Shown piece after piece: positions 26,404 to 32,000 of a DNA stretch of 32,000 bases. The notes below the pieces were generated by a model. That model did not search any database. It was given only the letters and a program-made list of their open reading frames with translations, and was not told where the DNA came from. Numbering within the stretch: the stretch's first letter is position 1; every line of letters starts with the position of its first letter. The DNA comes from Patescibacteria group bacterium (GTDB lineage Bacteria > Patescibacteriota > Patescibacteriia > 2-01-FULL-39-33), in NCBI GenBank assembly GCA_041649575.1, contig JBAZMW010000004.1, positions 30,001-62,000 of the forward strand. The letters are read 5' to 3'. Position numbers and translations under genes: made by a program.

Positions 26404-26892
26404 TTACTTGGCTTTCGGCATCCCCGGCAGCTCCTGGAGCTGTCGGATGAAGGGGCCGACGATGTCGGCCACCTCCGAACGGAAGCACGTTTGTGCTTCC
26501 ATCGCGCACTCGCAGTCACCAACGGCGATTGCGAATGGAGGAAGGGGAAGTTCCACCGCCTCTTCCGGCAGTGAAACTTCCACCTGCAGAGGATATTCTC
26601 CCCCACAAATGTCTTCTGCCAATACCTGAATATGATCCAGGTAACCGCCCACGCTCACGTAGCGGCGAAACTCCGCCGCCACACTCGACACGCCCACCGA
26701 ATATGAAACGGCGAACGTGCCCGACCGGGAGGATAGGCTAACCTCCATCCCGGCCTTCGTAAGAATGACGTACCCGCCATCATTACGACCCACCTTCCAC
26801 CCCGCTGCTACTGCAGCGGAGATGGGAATATTCCCTTCCCGCGGCCAGTTCGACCGCAGAAAAGACTTAACCCCTTCAGAATAGAAACTCAT
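26404..26892 (-). CDS. hypothetical protein (162 aa), gene C
   Basis: MSFYSEGVKSFLRSNWPREGNIPISAAVAAGWKVG...; SD AAAGGAG-ATAAGTT-ATG. Confidence 0.7.
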   Translation of the reverse strand: MSFYSEGVKSFLRSNWPREGNIPISAAVAAGWKVGRNDGGYVILTKAGMEVSLSSRSGTFAVSYSVGVSSVAAEFRRYVSVGGYLDHIQVLAEDICGGEYPLQVEVSLPEEAVELPLPPFAIAVGDCECAMEAQTCFRSEVADIVGPFIRQLQELPGMPKAK

Positions 26893-27063
26893 AACTTATC
26901 TCCTTTCACAGAGATCTCGGCCTGCCACAGGCCGTGTCCGCGAGGATCGACAATCCTCTTTTTTCGTCTCATGACGGCGGACAAATTACTGCCAGTACCG
27001 CACAATGCGGCGCTGGTTTTTTCTATGCTTACCAGCCGCTGACCCAAGTCAGCTGCTAGGAAT

Positions 27064-27136
27064 TTCCTCAGACTTCACGGACAACAGGCCTGCGAAGTCA
27101 GTTGGAAGGAGAAGCCGAGACTCGCCCGGCTTCTCC
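27064..27136 (-). ncRNA. two-hairpin leader module, copy 4
   Basis: Minus strand GGAGAAGCCGGGCGAGTCTCGGCTTCTCC-TTCCAACT-GACTTCGCAGGCCTGTTGTCCGTGAAGTC-TGAGGAA. Confidence 0.65.
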
Positions 27137-27262
27137 AAAATCAATCATGAATAAATATTTAATTTATTTATCTCTTAATTTTTTATTCAGTTGTCAAAAT
27201 ACTTCTTGTCTTAGCTTCTCACCATATGCTCCCGTAGCCCGAAGCGCCTTGTTTCTTATAAC

Positions 27263-27313
27263 TCGGGATTGCCGCGGTCGCCCGCCTCTGGCGGACTCCC
27301 TCGCAATGACAGT
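27263..27313. repeat. REP-like palindromic repeat
   Basis: GGGATTGCCGCGGTCGCCCGCCTCTGGCGGACTCCCTCGCAATGAC resembles the widespread GTCATTGCGAG...GCAATCCC class of interspersed palindromes. Confidence 0.6.
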
Positions 27314-28035
27314 TACGAAAGGCGTTTTACTAATCAAGACGGTTCTTCCAACCAACGGGTGGTTAATCTGTTGATTGGAAATGTCTGTCTCGAATAGATA
27401 GACATTTGGCAAAGGAGTTGCGATCCGAGAGGCTGACGCTAACAAGCATGCGGCGCCAGACCTCGAGCCGGACAGCTATCCAACAACCGTCACTCTAACG
27501 GTGGTTTGTTGCCCTATGAGTGATATTTAGCGAGGCGAGGATTTCTCTCTTCGATAGTCCTGGCTTCGCCAAACATTTTAAGGTGCTTGAGTTTAAAGTG
27601 CTGTTCCCAACTCTCTCTTTGGGAAGGCCGGGTTCAGAAGTGACAAGCTCTTCCGAGGCCCGGCTCTCCCGCCCGATCTAGAAAGTTTCAAAAAACTCTC
27701 AACCGGGCGGAGAGAGCTTCGAGGTGCTTCCTTTTTCTATTGGTCGCCGCCCTCTCTCCTTGGCGGCTTCCAAATCCAGTAAGGAAGCAATTGACTTTTT
27801 ATTTAATGTTCTCTGGTCGGCTATCTTTTTCCTGTTTTCAGCTTACAAACCCATTATATCATATATAACAAATATTGTCAAGCATATATGACTAAAAATT
27901 TAGAATTTATTATTATTTTCCTAAATTTATTAAAATATATTATCTAATTTATAATACTATTTTGTCACAAAAATTTGACATTTAAATATTATGGGTGTAT
28001 AATGAAAGTATCTATTTAATAAATCAACAAAGAAT

Positions 28036-28824
28036 ATGTACAAACAGTCATTAACTCAGGCCGGGCTGACCGAAGAAATGGCCCAAATTTATGAGGTTTT
28101 GCTGAAAAACGGGCCACAAAATGCTGGAAAATTAGCCAAAAAAACCGGCTTAAAACGCGGTTTGGTTTACAAAACACTGGATCGCCTGTTAGAAAAAGGG
28201 TTGCTAGAAAAAAACGAGGCCGACAAAAAGGTGTCCCTATTTTCCGCCAATCATCCGCTAAAATTGCAAGAAATAGTAGAAACCAAGCAGCAAAGGGCAA
28301 AAAACGCCGCTTTGGCCCTGGATGGTGTTTTGCCAGCCCTGGTTTCCGACTACAACCTGCTAAGCGGCAAGCCAGAAGTTCTCTATTTCGAAGGCGAGGA
28401 GGGTCTAAAAAAAATTGCTTTCGATTCCCTGTCGGCCAAAACGGAAATACTGCAATATATAGACAACGAGGCAGCCAATAAATATTGGCCAAATCTTAAT
28501 GAGGAATATGTAAAAAAAAGAAAGGGCCTGGGCATTAAAAAACGCATGATTACCATTGACAGCGAGTTTATCAAAAAAAATAAAGCCAAGTACGATCGCA
28601 GTATTACCGATATTCATCTGATAGACGGAGAGCGCTACCCCTTTGCCACCTCCATGCAGATTTATGACAATAAAGTAAGCCATGTCACTTTGAGCCAGAA
28701 TAAAAAAATCGGCTTTCTCATCGAAGATGCCGAGATTGCTGGAATGCATCGGACTATTTTTGAGTATATGTGGGAAAAAACCAGTCCACTTTTTGAGCCT
28801 CAAACCGCCGCGGCCAATGATTGA
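28036..28824 (+). CDS. TrmB-like transcriptional regulator (winged helix)
   Basis: LTQAGLTEEMAQIYEVLLKNGPQNAGKLAKKTGLKRGLVYKTLDRLLEKGLLEK plus C-terminal effector-like domain. Confidence 0.8.
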   Translation: MYKQSLTQAGLTEEMAQIYEVLLKNGPQNAGKLAKKTGLKRGLVYKTLDRLLEKGLLEKNEADKKVSLFSANHPLKLQEIVETKQQRAKNAALALDGVLPALVSDYNLLSGKPEVLYFEGEEGLKKIAFDSLSAKTEILQYIDNEAANKYWPNLNEEYVKKRKGLGIKKRMITIDSEFIKKNKAKYDRSITDIHLIDGERYPFATSMQIYDNKVSHVTLSQNKKIGFLIEDAEIAGMHRTIFEYMWEKTSPLFEPQTAAAND

Positions 28825-31100
28825 GGCTGGGCGGCCAAATCGTTTCTCTCAATCACAACAAATTTTTCGCCGGCAATTTCCGTCTCGCCCACTTCCTTGA
28901 AACCGAACCGACTTTTATAAAAATCCAGCAGTTCCGGCCGGCGACCGTAAACAACCGCCTCAATAATATTTTCCCGGGCCGCCGAGTCAATGACTTCTTT
29001 GATCATGGCATTGCCGATTTTAAAACCCTGGGCTTCGGGACGAACATTAAAGGAGGCGGCATAGAGCCGGTTTTGGCCGCGCGGCTCCAGACGCAGAAAA
29101 CAAATAATTTTTCTGTCATATCTAAGAATGGTAAAAACCGATTGAGACTTGGCAGAACCTTCTTCTGGGGAAACCGCCTCTTCAAAATCACTAGAAACTT
29201 CTCTAAGCAGCTCTTCGGGGTAATCCTCTCTGTTGGCCAAAAAAATTCTAATCATCTCCTCTTTTTCCGAGGGCAAAAGATCGGCTGGCTGCCTGGTCTC
29301 CATACTAACCTTGGCCGCCTCTTTGAAATCAATCTCTTCTCCGGCTTCCAATAAAGCCCTGAAAGAAGCGGCGAACAGCAAAACGTCCGCTTTAATACTA
29401 TCCATCTGGTCCAGAATTTCTGATGCCTCAAAACCGCGAGCTGCCTTCAGACAAAAATCATTTAAAACGTCCCTACCTCGAGACAACAGGCTTGAGCGCA
29501 CCTTATCTAAAACATCACCAGGAATATTTCTGCCAAACTCTTTGGCCACCAGCTCTATTGTCTCATCGGCTGTCTCGATGATTTCGACATACTTGGCAAA
29601 AATTTTTTCCGCCACGGCTGGCGGCAACCTTTCGCCTAACTCCAGAATCTTGTTACCCATTTCTTGACCATATTCACAGGAAAGAAAAGTCTTAAATCCA
29701 GTCAAACCAAACCGAGAGGCAAACCGCCTAACTGGCTCCATTTTAACAGAGGACATGGTCTTAATGAATTGCAAAAAATGAAACTGCTCCCTCAGGGACA
29801 GGTTTGATAAATCAATATTTAGCTCTTGGCCTATTTTTTCACGCATGGATTTTTTTGACATCCACTTAAAATCCACCAATGCCTCTTCCCGCTGCCTACT
29901 CTCATCTTTGGAGCGACTGGCGGGTATAAAAACATCGGTGACAGACAATTTCCTGGAAAAAAAAGACTCTAACGACCTAAAAAGTTGGTTACGCTCGTAC
30001 AGTAAGGCTGAGTCAGGACTAAAAAATACTTCTGTTTCGCCATTGGCTATCGCTAAATCAATTAAGTGCTGGGGAGGACGAATTTTATCTTCAATAGAAT
30101 CTATCTCTTGATTTAAACGGCAAATTTCATCAAAGTCTGACTCATCAGCGACATAAAGACCATGACGAGATTCCCAAGCGTAAATTCTGCCACTTAAAAT
30201 AAAAGGTCGACGATTATTGTGCCTTGACTCTAGTAGTTCACCTTTTTCAAAATGGTTATATATTTCCTGAGCTCGCATTTTTAAAAAATAACTGCCCTCG
30301 TTTTTTTCTATGGCTTCCTTTAAAACCATTATAACTTTAGAGCCAGCTTTCTCGGAAAAAGAATAGTCCTGAGAAACCTCACATAGCCTCCTAATAAACT
30401 CTAAAAAAACAGCGGTACGAGAAAAATTCTTACTATTGGAAAAATCTAAATTATCAACTAAAACCTGATCATAAAGTTCGCTAAAAAAAGAATAGGCGTA
30501 GTTTAAACCATGCAGAACCTCGCTCTCCAAATCCGCGTCAGTGTCTGGCCGACAAATTAAATCCACTAAGCCTTCTATAAAAATGTCTGGGCGTATTGTC
30601 TGGGGATCCTGAAAAAGATACTGAAAAAATTTTCTACTAGCACTCGGGCTCTGGTGGTGAGTTTTAATAACAGCTTTAAAGGTCTTGTCAGCTATAGATT
30701 CATCTTTGGAGCCGTCCCTTTTAAAATCTCCGTGAAGCTGAAGCGCGCAATTCAAGTCCATCGCCAGAAGATCTTGCTCTGCCTCTGGCCTATCCTCGAT
30801 TAAGGATAAACCCCTACTAATTATCGCCTCTACTATCTCTGGTGGCAATAAGTGTCTCTGACTATTTTGCTCTAATTCTGGCAGTAGCTTCTTAAAAAAA
30901 TAGTCAAATGGCAGGGAATTAATTAAAACCAGTGCCTGATTTTTTTTAGTCTGATCTACAGGGGTTGTTTCTTGTCTATCCGCTATAGATAGCAACAAAC
31001 CCCTGCCCACCAAATAGTCAAACAAATTTTCTTCAAATTTTGACTCTTTTTGATCAGAACTTGCTTCAGCTTTATTTGCTATTTTTTTTTCGCCTTCCAT
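28800..31100 (-). CDS. large helical protein with C-terminal GNAT acetyltransferase domain (766 aa)
   Basis: C-terminal LYAASFNVRPEAQGFKIGNAMIKEVIDSAARENIIEAVVYGRRPELLDFYKSRFGFKEVGE; N-terminal ~600 aa unrecognised. Confidence 0.75.
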   Translation of the reverse strand: MEGEKKIANKAEASSDQKESKFEENLFDYLVGRGLLLSIADRQETTPVDQTKKNQALVLINSLPFDYFFKKLLPELEQNSQRHLLPPEIVEAIISRGLSLIEDRPEAEQDLLAMDLNCALQLHGDFKRDGSKDESIADKTFKAVIKTHHQSPSASRKFFQYLFQDPQTIRPDIFIEGLVDLICRPDTDADLESEVLHGLNYAYSFFSELYDQVLVDNLDFSNSKNFSRTAVFLEFIRRLCEVSQDYSFSEKAGSKVIMVLKEAIEKNEGSYFLKMRAQEIYNHFEKGELLESRHNNRRPFILSGRIYAWESRHGLYVADESDFDEICRLNQEIDSIEDKIRPPQHLIDLAIANGETEVFFSPDSALLYERNQLFRSLESFFSRKLSVTDVFIPASRSKDESRQREEALVDFKWMSKKSMREKIGQELNIDLSNLSLREQFHFLQFIKTMSSVKMEPVRRFASRFGLTGFKTFLSCEYGQEMGNKILELGERLPPAVAEKIFAKYVEIIETADETIELVAKEFGRNIPGDVLDKVRSSLLSRGRDVLNDFCLKAARGFEASEILDQMDSIKADVLLFAASFRALLEAGEEIDFKEAAKVSMETRQPADLLPSEKEEMIRIFLANREDYPEELLREVSSDFEEAVSPEEGSAKSQSVFTILRYDRKIICFLRLEPRGQNRLYAASFNVRPEAQGFKIGNAMIKEVIDSAARENIIEAVVYGRRPELLDFYKSRFGFKEVGETEIAGEKFVVIERNDLAAQPQSLAAAV

Positions 31101-31103
31101 ATT

Positions 31104-32000
31104 TTATTTCCCTATTTTTTCCGCCTCGGCTAATTTGAGCGACAAGAGCCGAGAAACACCGTCGCCTTGCATAGTGACACCATAAAGCACATTGGCGCGC
31201 GACATAATGGCCCGATTGTGGGTGATGACGATAAATTGAGTTTTATGGGCCAGCTCCTCGATGATATCGCTGAACTTGGCGGAGTTGTTTTCGTCCAGAG
31301 CCGCGTCTACCTCGTCAAAAAGAATGAAAGGCGAGGGATTGTTGGCAATGATGGCGCAAATTAAGGCCAGGGCGGTCATGGTTTTTTCCCCGCCGGAAAG
31401 CACGCTGACGCTTTTAATTTTTTTGCCTGGCGGACAGGCTTCGATATCAATGCCTATATTGGCCAAGAAAGATTTATCCTCGGGACAAACCTCTTTTTTT
31501 TCTGGGGTAGCTTCTTTTAGCTCCTCTGCCGCCGTATTTTCTGGCAACGGAACAGAATTTTTCTGGGCGATTTCTTCGCGGATTATTTCGGCTTCGGTTT
31601 GTTCTTCCTGTTTCTGCGTCAAAACCAATTTGGCGCCGCCGCCATCGAACAACTTTTTGAAATAACGCGAAAAATCCTGATTGATTCTTTTAAATTCTTC
31701 TTCGAATTGCTTTTTAATTAATTTGTCCAACTCCACCACCACCTTCTCCAAGTCTTTGATGGCTTTTTTCAGGTCGTCGCTTTGCTGACTAAGAAAATCA
31801 TAACGAGTTTTGACTTCCTCATATTCTTTTTCCACCTCCGGATCGGTGCCGCCAATCAGTTCCAACTGTTTTTTGAGCCGGCTGATTTTCAAAGACAGTT
31901 CGCCAATGTTGATATTTTTCAAACTACTGTCGACTTTGGGCCGATAGTCCTGGCCCAAATCTTGCCGCATGGCGGAAAAAAGGTCTTCTTTTTTGGTTTC
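31104..32000 (-). CDS. smc: chromosome segregation protein SMC, C-terminal part (truncated by window)
   Basis: FKRINQDFSRYFKKLFDGGGAKLVL...SVSVLSGGEKTMTALALICAIIANNPSPFILFDEVDAALDENN...FIVITHNRAIM; frame open to the window edge. Confidence 0.92.
   Translation of the reverse strand, partial: ETKKEDLFSAMRQDLGQDYRPKVDSSLKNINIGELSLKISRLKKQLELIGGTDPEVEKEYEEVKTRYDFLSQQSDDLKKAIKDLEKVVVELDKLIKKQFEEEFKRINQDFSRYFKKLFDGGGAKLVLTQKQEEQTEAEIIREEIAQKNSVPLPENTAAEELKEATPEKKEVCPEDKSFLANIGIDIEACPPGKKIKSVSVLSGGEKTMTALALICAIIANNPSPFILFDEVDAALDENNSAKFSDIIEELAHKTQFIVITHNRAIMSRANVLYGVTMQGDGVSRLLSLKLAEAEKIGK

Overview
This AT-rich chromosomal window resembles a reduced-genome, candidate-phyla-radiation/Patescibacteria-like bacterium. 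That placement is an inference from gene style and gene content; no search was run. Housekeeping genes present are a CCA-adding enzyme fragment, RluD-type pseudouridine synthase, rpmF, nusB, rnc, a PilT-like ATPase, HU, YmdB-like phosphoesterase, rny, clpP, a DHH phosphoesterase, rbfA, infB, pilM, a 3D-domain protein, a 16S rRNA not followed by 23S within the window, trmD, a KH-domain protein, rpsP, a TrmB-like regulator, a large GNAT-fusion protein and an smc fragment. There is also a tRNA cluster, plus several GC-richer lineage-specific ORFs with strong Shine-Dalgarno sites. Three observations stand out. (1) There are 'Russian-doll' tRNA loci. A complete tRNA-Arg(TCG) lies between two halves of a second tRNA-Arg-like cloverleaf (5446-5626), and a complete tRNA-Pro(TGG) lies between two halves of a second tRNA-like cloverleaf (16525-16708). 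In both cases the insertion is in the outer anticodon loop and is flanked by a complementary helix. A related tRNA-Ile locus has partial copies invaded by perfect palindromes, plus a decayed GIY-YIG nuclease ORF. (2) A two-hairpin module with the invariant linker TTCCAACT occurs four times, once upstream of each of four consecutive GC-rich unknown genes (22975-27136). (3) Palindromic elements sit in frame inside rluD and trmD, and a sister of the trmD copy lies next to the nested tRNA-Arg locus.
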